A stretch of 64,000 bases of DNA from Acidobacteriota bacterium (GCA_041178345.1 JBEGVQ010000093.1:14496-78495); one strand, 5' to 3'. Positions 47,498 to 57,139 are shown, counted from the stretch's first letter. The notes: a model not told the origin generated them from the letters alone. Made by a program: numbers and translations.

Positions 47498-48739
47498 CTA
47501 GCGAATCAGCATTACGGCGCCGGCGACCGCCATCGCCAGCAGCGACCCCGCCGTCTGCCACGCAAATCGGCGCTCGCCGATCACGATCGCGACGGCCGCC
47601 TTCATCAGGCAGTTGGCGATCACGCCCATGAGGATCGCCCGGCAGGCGAGGTCCGCCGAGGTGCCGGTCGTGACGCTCCGGGTCATGGCGAGCGTCAGCG
47701 CATCGACGTCAGTCAGGCCCAGCAGGAAGCCGCCGGCCAGCAGGCCGCCCTCCCCCAGCCACGAGCGCGCATAGTGCACGCCGTACAACACCACCTGGAA
47801 GAGCGCCGCCATTTCCAGCGCCGCGCGGAACTGGAGCGGGTTGCGCAATTGCGATGGCGCTGCCCTCGGACCATCCATCTGCCGCCAGGCCAGTGCCAGC
47901 GCGGCGAGGCCGGCGACCAACGGCGGCCACAGGTACCACGCCAGCGTCTGCACCAACGCCGCATTGAGGACCGCCACCGCCACGAGCACGCGCAGGAACA
48001 GGATGGTGCTCGCCGCCACCGCGCCGGTCGAGAGCGGCGCCGCCTGGGCGCGATGCGCGCGGCTCAGGCGCGAGAAGGTCAGCGTCACGCTGGTCGATGA
48101 CACCAGCCCGCCAAGCAAGCCGGTGATGGGATAGCCGGCGGCGCCCGCGAGCCGCTCGGCAATGAACCCGGCGAAGCTGAGACCCGAGAACAGCAGCACC
48201 AGGATCCACAACTCGCGCGGGCGGATGCCAGGCGCCGGACCAAACGGGCCTTCGGGCAGCAGCGGCAGGATCACCACCGACATCACCGCCACGCGGGCCG
48301 CCGCCAGCAGCATGGTGTCGTCCAGACGGTCCACGAACTTGTGCAGGCCCTGCTTCTCGGCCAGCAGCAGCACGGTCATGGTCGTCAGCGCCGCCGAAAA
48401 GCGCAGTTCGCCGAGGCCGCTCAGTACGCCGGCGCCGAGCACCACCAGCGCCGCGACCTCGGTCGTGGCATCGATGTCGTGCCTGCTGGCGCGAACGTAG
48501 CCGGCCACGATCAGGGCGAGGGCGCCAGACACGAGCAGCCCGGCCGCCAGTGCGGAATCGGCCGCGGTGAGCAGTCCGGCGATGCCGGCGACCGCGCCGA
48601 GGAGGGTAAAGGTCCTGACCCCGCCGAGGCGCGCGTCGGGTCCGGACGCGTGGCCCGATCGCTGGCGCTCGACACCTACGGCGGCGCCGCCGAGGATGGC
48701 GACGATCAGGCCGGCAATGGCGTCGAGGCCGAGGTTCAC
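47498..48739 (-). CDS. MgtC/SapB-family plus DUF4010 membrane protein
   Basis: N-terminal ..ILGGAAVGVERQ.. MgtC-type motif, then about 10 hydrophobic helices. Confidence 0.75.
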   Translation of the reverse strand: MNLGLDAIAGLIVAILGGAAVGVERQRSGHASGPDARLGGVRTFTLLGAVAGIAGLLTAADSALAAGLLVSGALALIVAGYVRASRHDIDATTEVAALVVLGAGVLSGLGELRFSAALTTMTVLLLAEKQGLHKFVDRLDDTMLLAAARVAVMSVVILPLLPEGPFGPAPGIRPRELWILVLLFSGLSFAGFIAERLAGAAGYPITGLLGGLVSSTSVTLTFSRLSRAHRAQAAPLSTGAVAASTILFLRVLVAVAVLNAALVQTLAWYLWPPLVAGLAALALAWRQMDGPRAAPSQLRNPLQFRAALEMAALFQVVLYGVHYARSWLGEGGLLAGGFLLGLTDVDALTLAMTRSVTTGTSADLACRAILMGVIANCLMKAAVAIVIGERRFAWQTAGSLLAMAVAGAVMLIR

Positions 48740-48863
48740 GTCTCAGGATACCGCCGCCTGAAGCGGCGCGGGGGGTGGGCGCACGGCGAACCGGGCGATC
48801 TCGCGGCTGCCGGCGGCAGCGTGCGAGATCACCCGGTTCCCGGGTCACGGGCTTATTCGCGGA

Positions 48864-51629
48864 TTAGAAACGATAGACGAGCGAGAAGCGGTAGCGGCGC
48901 GGCTGCAGGAACGAGCCGCGCGCGCTCGCCTTGCCGAAGTTGTTGACCGCGGTCGTGCAGGCGGCCGTGGCGGTATTGCCGCACCAGGTCACGTTGTTGC
49001 TGGCGATCTTCTCTTCATTGCTGAAGAGATTGAAGGCCTCCGCCCGCACCGCGGCCTGTTGGCGTCCGGCGATCCGCCACGTCAGCTCGGTTGAGAAATC
49101 GGTAACGTTCACCATCCCGTCGAGGGCATCCTCGCCCAGGGCGTTGTAGAAGTAGGTCACGGTCGGTCCGGCATTGTTCTGCGTCCCGGGCGTGAGCACG
49201 TTGACCGTCCGCTGCTTCTGGTAGCGCGCTTTCGAGATGAACTCCGTCAGCACGCCGACGGTCAGGTTGATCGGCCCCACGGGCCGGACGTAGGCGCCGT
49301 TCACCTTGATGTTGTGCGGCCGGTCGTAGCTCGGCGCGCCGTACTTGTTGGCGCCGTTGTTGACTTCAGCGCAGGGGATGACACCGCCGCTCCCGACGGT
49401 GGTGTCGGCGGTGGTGCGGCACTGTGCGTCCAGGTAATCGCCGAGGTCCGTGAAGTTGTTGGCAAAGTGGTTGCCGCGGGTCTGCGAGTAGGTGTAGCTG
49501 CCCTGGGCGTTCCAGTTGTTCGAGAACCGCTTCTCGAAGGTGAACTGCAGGCCGTTGTACTTGCGCTCGGCGGCGTCGTAATTGACGACCTGCCGCTGAA
49601 TCGTGTTGTCGGGGTTGAAGGTGCGGATGTCGTCGATCAGGTTGCCCCACCGGCGGTTGATGTAGCGCGCGCCGATGGCAATCGACTGGCCGAACTGCCG
49701 CTGGACGCCGATCGTCCCCTCGTCCATGTGATACGGCTTGAGGTCGGTGTTCGGACGGAAGGTCGAGCCGCTCAGCTGCACGCGGTTCGAGAACACGAAG
49801 GCGCTGCCGTTCCAGATGTAGTTGTCGTAATTGGTCTGCTGCGGCACGCTGGCAAAGGCGTCCGAGAAGCCCTGGATGATGCTTGAGTAGTAGCGGCCGT
49901 AGCTGCCCACCACCAGCGTCCTGCCGTCACCGCTGATGTCGTAGGTGCCAGAGAAGCGGGGCGTGAAGACGCTGGTATCGACCGTGTCAGTGCCGACGTC
50001 GCTGGTGCCGGTTTGCTTCTCCCACCGGATGCCGGCCTCGAGCGAGATCCGGTCGCTCACTTCGAACTTGTCGCGCGCGAAGACCGCGTGGATCTTGCCG
50101 GTCGAGGTCGAGGGCCCGGCATCGAAGTCGCGCCGCGACTGTGGAACGATGGCGCCGGTGGCCTGGACGTAAGAGTCGGCAAAATACAGCTGCCGGTTCG
50201 GATAGTCGAACTGCGAGCTCGACTCGAGGTTCTGGAAGTCGTAGCCGACCTTGATGTTATGCGAACGGCCGCCGGGCGACAGGTACCAGTTGCTGGCCAG
50301 ATTGAACTGCTGGCGAGGGCGCTCGACGAAGCCGTTGAAAGTTGCGCCGTTGTAATACTTGCTTTCGGCCACGTTGAAGACCGGCGCATTCGACAGCCGG
50401 CCGCTCGGCTCGAACGTGTCGACGGTGATCAACGAGGCGTAGTCAGCAAACGCGCCCTCCATCGACCAGTTGCTGCGGATTACGCCGCTCCACTGCGCCG
50501 CCCAGTTCGAGGCGCTCTGGCTCTGCCCGGTCAGCGCCTCGCGCTCAGCGGACGCGCCCCAGTAGTCGATCACGAACCCGTCGGACGGCGACCGGTAGTA
50601 CTTCGCCCAGACGGTGTGGCCTTCGGCCAACTGCACGGTGCCACGAACGTTGAGGAACTTGTCCTCGCGGACCTGCTGATAGTCTTCGGGAACCTGGCCG
50701 ACGGTCTGCCGCTGCGGCGAGGTGCTCTGGGTAAGCTCGTAGGTACTAAAGAACCAGGCGCGGTTCCTCCAGATCGGCCCGCCCCCAGTGAACGAGTAGG
50801 TGGGGTTGACCTGGTCGAATTTCACCCGTTCGAGGGAGGCGCTGGTCACCTCGCTCTTGGTGGTGTTCTGCGCATCCCAGTCGTCGTTCAGGAACAGGTA
50901 CTTGGCCGAGCCTTCGAACCGGTTGGTGCCCGACTTGGTCACCACGTTGACAATCGCGCCCTGCGCCCGGCCGTACTCCACTCCAGCCGCCGACGTGAGG
51001 ACGGCAACTTCCTGGATCGCCTCGAAGTTGAGGTTGGTGCCAAAGGTGCCGGTGGTCGGGTCGGTCGTGTCCACGGCATCGATGATGAACAGGTTATTGC
51101 TCGCCAGCGCGCCGAGGGCGTTGACATTGCCGGAGCCCACGACGCCCGGCGCCGCGCCGATCAGCGCCTGGTAGCTTCGGCCGACCGGCAGCTTGTCGAA
51201 TTCCTCGCGCCGCAGGGTGGTGCTGGCGGCCGCCGTGGTCGTGTCAACGATCGGCACGATGCCGCTGACAACGACCGTGTCGGTAAGCGAGCCGATCTTC
51301 ATCGTAAACGGGATGCTGGTGGTCTTGTCGGTCTCGACGAGGTTGCCAGCGGCCTCGGCAGCCTCGAAGCCCTGCAGCGTGGCGACCACCGTGTACTGGC
51401 CAATGGGGACGGCCGGGAAGACGTAACGGCCGTTGGCGTCCGTTACCACGGTGCGGACGAACCCGCGGTCCTGGCTGGTCGCAGTCATTGTCACGCCGGG
51501 CAACACTCCGCCGGTGGCATCCAGCACGGCTCCTGAGATCGTGCCGGTCTGGGCCGGTTGCGCATGAACATTTGCGCTGGCCAGCAGGATCACTGCCGCC
51601 AGCACGCATCGAATCGACAGGCTCAACAT
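48864..51629 (-). CDS. TonB-dependent receptor with an N-terminal CarboxypepD_reg-like domain
   Basis: Signal peptide, ..GTISGAVLDATGGVLPGVTMTA.., plug and 22-strand barrel pattern, C-terminal ..RFSLVYRF. Confidence 0.9.
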   Translation of the reverse strand: MLSLSIRCVLAAVILLASANVHAQPAQTGTISGAVLDATGGVLPGVTMTATSQDRGFVRTVVTDANGRYVFPAVPIGQYTVVATLQGFEAAEAAGNLVETDKTTSIPFTMKIGSLTDTVVVSGIVPIVDTTTAAASTTLRREEFDKLPVGRSYQALIGAAPGVVGSGNVNALGALASNNLFIIDAVDTTDPTTGTFGTNLNFEAIQEVAVLTSAAGVEYGRAQGAIVNVVTKSGTNRFEGSAKYLFLNDDWDAQNTTKSEVTSASLERVKFDQVNPTYSFTGGGPIWRNRAWFFSTYELTQSTSPQRQTVGQVPEDYQQVREDKFLNVRGTVQLAEGHTVWAKYYRSPSDGFVIDYWGASAEREALTGQSQSASNWAAQWSGVIRSNWSMEGAFADYASLITVDTFEPSGRLSNAPVFNVAESKYYNGATFNGFVERPRQQFNLASNWYLSPGGRSHNIKVGYDFQNLESSSQFDYPNRQLYFADSYVQATGAIVPQSRRDFDAGPSTSTGKIHAVFARDKFEVSDRISLEAGIRWEKQTGTSDVGTDTVDTSVFTPRFSGTYDISGDGRTLVVGSYGRYYSSIIQGFSDAFASVPQQTNYDNYIWNGSAFVFSNRVQLSGSTFRPNTDLKPYHMDEGTIGVQRQFGQSIAIGARYINRRWGNLIDDIRTFNPDNTIQRQVVNYDAAERKYNGLQFTFEKRFSNNWNAQGSYTYSQTRGNHFANNFTDLGDYLDAQCRTTADTTVGSGGVIPCAEVNNGANKYGAPSYDRPHNIKVNGAYVRPVGPINLTVGVLTEFISKARYQKQRTVNVLTPGTQNNAGPTVTYFYNALGEDALDGMVNVTDFSTELTWRIAGRQQAAVRAEAFNLFSNEEKIASNNVTWCGNTATAACTTAVNNFGKASARGSFLQPRRYRFSLVYRF

Positions 51630-51786
51630 CAGGGGGTCCTTTCCATACTTATCGGTTGGTGAGTTGGCCCTCGGGGATGGCCAGCGGGTGTCATTCTAGC
51701 GTTAATGAGGTTCCAATGGCTCAGGCGGAGATCTGGGGATGCGCTGCCGCGGCGCAAAAGTGCGCAGTTGGGCGAAACAGCGGGCG

Positions 51787-52566
51787 TTACCGCGTTGGAA
51801 ACAACCAGGTCAGCATCGGCCCGACGCGCGAGGCCCACGCGCCTTCGCTGTGTGTGCCGCCCTCGAACTCGGCGTAGTGCAGGTCCACGCCCTCGAGATA
51901 TCCCGCTCCCACCAACGCTGCCTTGAGCAGCCGGGCATCGTCCAGGCCGCGGCGTCCCTCGGCCGTCCCCATGTCGACCCACAGGCGCAGCGCCGGGCGG
52001 GGACGCGCTTGCCGCACGGTCTTCAGGATCGCGCGGCGGTCCCACCACACCGACGGCGACAGCACGGCCAGGCGGCGGAAGACCTCGGGATAAGTGAAAC
52101 CAAGGTGCAGGGTCACCAATCCGCCAAGCGACGAGCCGCCGAGGCCGGTCTGGGCGGCGCCGGGCCAGGTGCGATAGGTGCGATCGATGAGCGGCTTCAC
52201 TTCCTCGACGATCAGGCGGCCGTACGCGCCGGCCAGCCCGCCGCCCAGCCGCGCGTCCTTCGTGGGGGTGTACTCGTGAATCCGCCCGTCGCCGGCGTTG
52301 TAGATGCCGACGATGATCAACGGGTGGAGCTCGCCGGCCGCGATCAGCCCGGCCGCGGTTTCGCCGACCCGCCAGTGCTCGCCCGGCTGAAAGGCCGTGT
52401 CGGGGTCGAACAGGTTCTGCCCGTCGTGCATGTAAAGCACGGGATAGCGCCGGCCTGGTTCGTCGGCATAGCCGGGCGGCAGCCAGACCAGCAGGTCGCG
52501 GTCGTCGGGCAGGAAGGCGGAATGGAACTGCTCGTGCCGTTGGAGCGTGGCGTTCGGAGGCTGCAT
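51787..52566 (-). CDS. esterase-family alpha/beta hydrolase (enterochelin-esterase-like)
   Basis: ..YPVLYMHDGQNLF.. and the nucleophile elbow GGSSLGG. Confidence 0.78.
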   Translation of the reverse strand: MQPPNATLQRHEQFHSAFLPDDRDLLVWLPPGYADEPGRRYPVLYMHDGQNLFDPDTAFQPGEHWRVGETAAGLIAAGELHPLIIVGIYNAGDGRIHEYTPTKDARLGGGLAGAYGRLIVEEVKPLIDRTYRTWPGAAQTGLGGSSLGGLVTLHLGFTYPEVFRRLAVLSPSVWWDRRAILKTVRQARPRPALRLWVDMGTAEGRRGLDDARLLKAALVGAGYLEGVDLHYAEFEGGTHSEGAWASRVGPMLTWLFPTR

Positions 52567-52599
52567 CGGGCCGCACGATCAGTATAGGCTTCAGGGTGC

Positions 52600-53310
52600 A
52601 TGACCCGCGACCACCACAAGTGGTTCTCGCGTTCGCTGAACCGCGACATGGAACTGCTGATCTTCGGGCAAGACGGCCCGCCGGTCATCGTGTTTCCCTC
52701 TTCCATGGGAGCGTTCTTCGAGTACGAGGACCGGGGAATGGTCGGCGCGCTGGCCGAGAAGCTGGAGCACGGCCGGCTGCGGTTGTTTTGCGTGTCGTCG
52801 GTCGACAGCGAAAGCTGGTACTGCAAGAAGGTTCACCCGCGCCACCGGGTCGAGCGGCACCTGCACTACGAGGACTACCTCCTGAACGAGGTCGTGCCGC
52901 TCGTGCGCCACCTCACTCGCCACGACAACCTCGGCGTGACCGGCTGCAGCTTTGGCGCCTATCACGCCATGGCGCTGGCGCTGCGGCACCCGTATACGTT
53001 CACGTCGTGCATCACCATGGGCGGCGCCTTCGACATTACCCAGTTCCTCGACGGGTACCACGACGAGGACTGCTACTTCCTCAACCCGCCGGCCTTCCTG
53101 CCGGGGCTGTCGGATCCGTACTACCTGGATCAGTTCCGGCGCAACAAGTGGGTGATCGTCACCGGCGACCACGACATCTGCCGGGCCCCCAACGAACAGT
53201 TCGCGGCGATCCTGCGCGCCAAGGGCATCCCGCACGCCCTGCACGTGTGGAACGATTCCAGACATGACTGGCCGTACTGGCGGCCGATGGCGCAAGCGTA
53301 CATTCCTTGA
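52600..53310 (+). CDS. esterase-family alpha/beta hydrolase
   Basis: Nucleophile elbow GCSFGAYHA; C-terminal ..HDW.. His. Divergent from the other esterase gene. Confidence 0.72.
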   Translation: MTRDHHKWFSRSLNRDMELLIFGQDGPPVIVFPSSMGAFFEYEDRGMVGALAEKLEHGRLRLFCVSSVDSESWYCKKVHPRHRVERHLHYEDYLLNEVVPLVRHLTRHDNLGVTGCSFGAYHAMALALRHPYTFTSCITMGGAFDITQFLDGYHDEDCYFLNPPAFLPGLSDPYYLDQFRRNKWVIVTGDHDICRAPNEQFAAILRAKGIPHALHVWNDSRHDWPYWRPMAQAYIP

Positions 53311-53311
53311 C

Positions 53312-53388
53312 GGGAGTCGGGAGTCGGAAGTCGGGAGTAAGCTGGTACTCATGGCGGCTCGATTCCTGGTTCCCGGTTCCCGACCCCC
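53312..53388 (+). other. structured leader: 4 x GGGAGTC heptad repeat pairing with a downstream GGTTCCC repeat
   Basis: GGGAGTC GGGAGTC GGAAGTC GGGAGTA (53312..53339). 53312..53332 can pair with 53368..53388 at 19 of 21 positions, including G-U pairs. Confidence 0.5.
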
Positions 53389-53400
53389 GGCAGGTGTCTT

Positions 53401-54330
53401 ATGAAGAAGATTGGCGTCCTGTTCGGAATGGAAAACACCTTCCCGGCCGCGCTCGTCAATCGTATCAACGGCCTGGGCGTGGCCGGCGTGGCGGCTGAAT
53501 TCGTGCACATCGCCGACGTGCGCATGGCCGAGCCATGCGGCTACGACGTCATCGTCGATCGCATCTCGCACGACATCCCCTACTACCGCTCGTACCTGAA
53601 GAACGCGGCGCTCTGTGGCGCGCAGATCATCAACAACCCGTTCTGGTGGAGCGCCGACGACAAGTTTTTCAACTACGCGCTGGCCACCAGGCTCGGGGTC
53701 GCCATTCCGCCGACCATCCTGCTGCCGCACAAGGAGCACCCGACCGGCACCACCGAGCGGTCGATGCGCAACCTCAAGTACCCGCTCGACTGGGACGCGA
53801 TCTTCGACTACGTCGGGTTTCCGGCTTTCCTGAAGCCGTTTGACGGCGGCGGCTGGCGCGACGTCTACAAGGTCAACAACCGCGAGGAGTTCTTCGCGGC
53901 CTACGACCAGACCAGGACCCTGTGCATGACGCTGCAGCGCGGCGTCGACTTCAAGGAGTACTTCCGCTGTTACGTGGTCGGGCAGGAACACGTGCGCATC
54001 ATGCCCTACGACCCGCGGGCGCCGTTCCACGAGCGCTACGTGCTGAACCCGCCCGAGTATCCGAAGGCGCTGCTGGAGCGCCTCGAGCGCGACGCCCGCA
54101 CGCTGTGCCAGGCCCTGGGCTACGACCTCAACACCGTGGAGTTCGCCGTCGAAGACGGCGTGCCCTATGCGATCGACTTCATGAATCCGGCGCCCGACGC
54201 CGACTTGCACTCGGTGGGCCAGGCCAACTTCGACTGGATCGTGAACGCCGTCGCGACGCTGGCGGTCAAGAAGGCGACGGAACCGGCGCCCCCGGCCGCG
54301 TATCGCTGGGACGCGCTGCTTCGGGGTTAG
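53401..54330 (+). CDS. ATP-grasp (RimK-like) ligase
   Basis: ..FPAFLKPFDGGGWRDVYKV.. ATP-grasp core; AGGTG Shine-Dalgarno. Confidence 0.75.
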   Translation: MKKIGVLFGMENTFPAALVNRINGLGVAGVAAEFVHIADVRMAEPCGYDVIVDRISHDIPYYRSYLKNAALCGAQIINNPFWWSADDKFFNYALATRLGVAIPPTILLPHKEHPTGTTERSMRNLKYPLDWDAIFDYVGFPAFLKPFDGGGWRDVYKVNNREEFFAAYDQTRTLCMTLQRGVDFKEYFRCYVVGQEHVRIMPYDPRAPFHERYVLNPPEYPKALLERLERDARTLCQALGYDLNTVEFAVEDGVPYAIDFMNPAPDADLHSVGQANFDWIVNAVATLAVKKATEPAPPAAYRWDALLRG

Positions 54331-54357
54331 CACGGCAGCACTTCAGCACCCGAGCAC

Positions 54358-55461
54358 ATGAAGCCCTCATTCAGCATCGGCATCGAAGAGGAATACCAGA
54401 CCATCGACCCGGTCACCTGCGACCTGCGATCGCACATCAACGCTGAGATCATCGCCAAGGGCAAGCGGCAGCTCGACGAGCGGATCAAGGCCGAGATGCA
54501 CCAGTCGGTGGTCGAAGTCGGCACCGGCGTCTGCCGCAACATGCAGGAGGCGCGCGCCGACATCGTCAACCTGCGGCGCGCCATGGTGAACCTGGCCCGG
54601 GAGAACGGCCTGCTGCTGTGCGCCGGCGCCACGCATCCGTTCGCCGACTGGCGCGCCCAGGACATCTATCCTGACGAGCGCTACCGCCAGGTCGTTGAAG
54701 ACATGCAGCTCGTCGCCCGCTCCAACCTGATCTTCGGGCTGCACGTGCACATCGGCATCGAAGACCGCGAGGTGGCCATCCACCTGATGAACCAGGTGCG
54801 TTACTTCCTGCCCCATTTGCTGGCGCTCTCGGCCAACTCGCCGTTCTGGATCGGCGACAACACCGGCCTCAAGTCGTATCGCTGCAAGGTGTTCGACAAG
54901 TTCCCGCGCACCAACATCCCCGACACCTACACGAGCTGGGCCGACTACGAAAGCTTCGTCAACCTGCTGATCAAGACCAACAGCATGGACAACGCCAAGA
55001 AGATCTGGTGGGACGTGCGGCCGCACCCGTTCTTCTCGACCGTCGAAGTGCGCATTTGCGACATCCCGATGCGCGTGGACGAGACGCTGGCGCTCGCCGC
55101 GCTGATCCAGGCGACCATGGCCAAGCTCTACAAGCTGCACTCGCGCAACCAGGGTTTCCGCATGTATAGCCGCGCGTTGATCATGGAGAACAAGTGGCGG
55201 GCGGCGCGCTACGGGCTCGAGGGCAAGCTGATCGACTTCGGCCAGGAGACCGAGGTCCCGGCCAGGGACCTGATGCTCGAATACCTCGATTTCGTGGACG
55301 ATGTGGTGGACGAACTGGGCAGCCGGAGCGAGATCGACTACGTCAGGACCATGCTCGAACACGGCAACGGCGCCGAACGCCAGCTCGCCGTCTTCGCCGA
55401 GACTCAGGATCTCAAGAAAGTGGTCGAGTACATGGTGTCAGAGACCCAGGCCGGGCTCTGA
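54358..55461 (+). CDS. carboxylate-amine ligase, GCS2/YbdK family
   Basis: N-terminal SIGIEEEYQ, ..GLHVHIG.., ..WWDVRPHP... The length also fits the family. Confidence 0.87.
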   Translation: MKPSFSIGIEEEYQTIDPVTCDLRSHINAEIIAKGKRQLDERIKAEMHQSVVEVGTGVCRNMQEARADIVNLRRAMVNLARENGLLLCAGATHPFADWRAQDIYPDERYRQVVEDMQLVARSNLIFGLHVHIGIEDREVAIHLMNQVRYFLPHLLALSANSPFWIGDNTGLKSYRCKVFDKFPRTNIPDTYTSWADYESFVNLLIKTNSMDNAKKIWWDVRPHPFFSTVEVRICDIPMRVDETLALAALIQATMAKLYKLHSRNQGFRMYSRALIMENKWRAARYGLEGKLIDFGQETEVPARDLMLEYLDFVDDVVDELGSRSEIDYVRTMLEHGNGAERQLAVFAETQDLKKVVEYMVSETQAGL

Positions 55462-55463
55462 AC

Positions 55464-55508
55464 AGGGACCTGCTTCGAGAAGACTTAAAATGGGAGCAGG
55501 TCCCTTTT
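55464..55508 (+). terminator. hairpin plus T-run after the GCS2 gene
   Basis: 11-bp perfect stem AGGGACCTGCT/AGCAGGTCCCT, 20-nt AT-rich loop, then TTTT. Confidence 0.4.
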
Positions 55509-56727
55509 GATTCCACGGTTACGCCGGTCGTTCAACGAGTCGTGGTCGGAGCTGCACCACCGCGACCTGATGGGCCGGCTCGAGACGCGCGTGGGGGGCG
55601 CGATTGGCTTCCCCATCAGCGAAACGCCCTGCTTCTTCCCTCGTTCGCTGATGGACGAACTGTCGGCGACCGGCCTCGAACTGGCCAGCCAGATTCTCGA
55701 TCGCCCCGACGCCCGCGCCGCCGCGCTCGCCGCGGTGCCCGAACGATTCAGGGGGCCGACCGCCGAGACGCATCCGACGTTCCTGCAGGTGGACTTCGGC
55801 CTGGTGCGCGGGCCCTCGGGCGCGATCGAGCCGAAGCTCGTCGAACTGCAGGCGTTCGCTTCGCTGTACGGGTTTCAACTGGCGGTGGCCGAGGCCTATC
55901 GCGGCGTGTTTGCGCTGGACCCGTCGCTCGGCATGTTCCTGGCGGGCCTGCAGGCGGCGCAGTACCACGACCTCGTCGGCCAGGCGTTGCTGAACGGCCA
56001 CGATCCGAAACACGTGGTGCTGATGGAGATCGAGCCGCGCAAGCAGAAGACCTGGCCCGACTTCGTCGTCACCGAACACCTGTGGGGCGTGCGCGCGGTG
56101 GACACGCCGGAGATTGAACGCGACGGCCGGCGCCTGTTCTACCGGCGCGATGGCCAGCGGACCCCGATCGCGCGGATCTACAACCGCGTCATTCCGGACG
56201 AGCTCGAACGCAAGAACGTGCCGCTGTCGTTCGACTACCGAGACGACCTCGAAGTGGAATGGGCCGGCCACCCGTCGTGGTACTTCCAGATCAGCAAGTT
56301 CTCCATTCCGTGGCTGAAGCACCGCTCGGTCCCCGAGACGACGTTCTTGCACCAGCTCGATCGACTGCCGGCCGATCGAGAGCGCTACCTGCTGAAGCCG
56401 CTGTTCTCGTTCGCTGGCGGCGGCATCATCTTCGCACCAACCGATGCGCAGGTTGCCGCCATCCCCGCTGAGCAACGTCAGAACTACATCCTGCAGGAAC
56501 GCATCCAGTTCGAGCCCGTGATCGACACGCCCGAGGGCCCGACCCAGGCCGAGATCCGGATCATGTATGTGCGTTCCCCTTCGACTTCGCCCAGGGCAGG
56601 CGGTGAGCGCTTTCAGCCGGTGCTGCCGTTGATCCGGATGGGGCGCGGCAAGATGATGGGCGTGGATCACAACAAGGGGTTGCGATGGGTTGGCGCCTCG
56701 GCCGGGCTGATCGCCAGCGGCCAGTAG
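55507..56727 (+). CDS. ATP-grasp-like protein (possibly circularly permuted type, glutathionylspermidine-synthase-like)
   Basis: ..FLQVDFGLVRGPSGAIEPKLVELQ.. and ..YLLKPLFSFAGGGI... The start is uncertain: TTG 55507 lies in the T-run, and ATG 55570 is an alternative. Confidence 0.4.
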   Translation: MIPRLRRSFNESWSELHHRDLMGRLETRVGGAIGFPISETPCFFPRSLMDELSATGLELASQILDRPDARAAALAAVPERFRGPTAETHPTFLQVDFGLVRGPSGAIEPKLVELQAFASLYGFQLAVAEAYRGVFALDPSLGMFLAGLQAAQYHDLVGQALLNGHDPKHVVLMEIEPRKQKTWPDFVVTEHLWGVRAVDTPEIERDGRRLFYRRDGQRTPIARIYNRVIPDELERKNVPLSFDYRDDLEVEWAGHPSWYFQISKFSIPWLKHRSVPETTFLHQLDRLPADRERYLLKPLFSFAGGGIIFAPTDAQVAAIPAEQRQNYILQERIQFEPVIDTPEGPTQAEIRIMYVRSPSTSPRAGGERFQPVLPLIRMGRGKMMGVDHNKGLRWVGASAGLIASGQ

Positions 56728-57139
56728 CGTTCAGTTCGTACGGCATCGCCGCGATTTCGGTGGCGGCGACCATTGGCGTGGGCCTGGCGATCCAGCCGTT
56801 CACGCCCACCAACCCGATCGCGTTCCTGCTGTTCGTGCCGCCGATCCTGGTCACGGCGATGTGGACCGACCTGCGCGCCAGCCTGGTGGCCACGTGGATG
56901 GGAGGGTTGGCGGCCGATGAAACGGCTGCTTCTCGATGCTTGCACGGCGACGCGCGCCAACGCCCAGGCGGCCAATCAACTCAAGGACGAGTTTCTCGCC
57001 TCGTTGTCGCACGAACTAAGAACACCACTCAACGCGTTGCTGGGCTGGATTCAACTGCTGCGGTCGGGCCACCAGCCTTCCCGGCGAGAGCGCCACGTTC
57101 ACCGTGCGGCTGCCGGCGAGCGCATCGTCGCATTCGTGA
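56685..57139 (+). pseudogene. remnant of a DUF4118-type sensor histidine kinase, split over three frames with the catalytic domain deleted
   Basis: Frame a: ..[34 protein letters not shown].. Frame b: ..[32 protein letters not shown] (H-box). Frame c: [18 protein letters not shown] (end of HATPase_c). Confidence 0.6.

Noticed and set aside
48752-48768. Hairpin CGCCGC-CTGAA-GCGGCG between the TonB receptor and the MgtC-like gene, with a loop resembling the REP-like elements.
   Set aside because: The stem sequence is different and has only 6 bp, with no T-tract. Not enough evidence to assign it to the repeat family or call it a terminator.
57099-57139. Idea that one deletion removed both the ModC TOBE domain and the kinase catalytic domain, because the two 3' ends overlap.
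   Set aside because: The kinase fragment retains its extreme C-terminus beyond the deletion, and TOBE-less ModC proteins are common. A 40-nt convergent overlap needs no special explanation.
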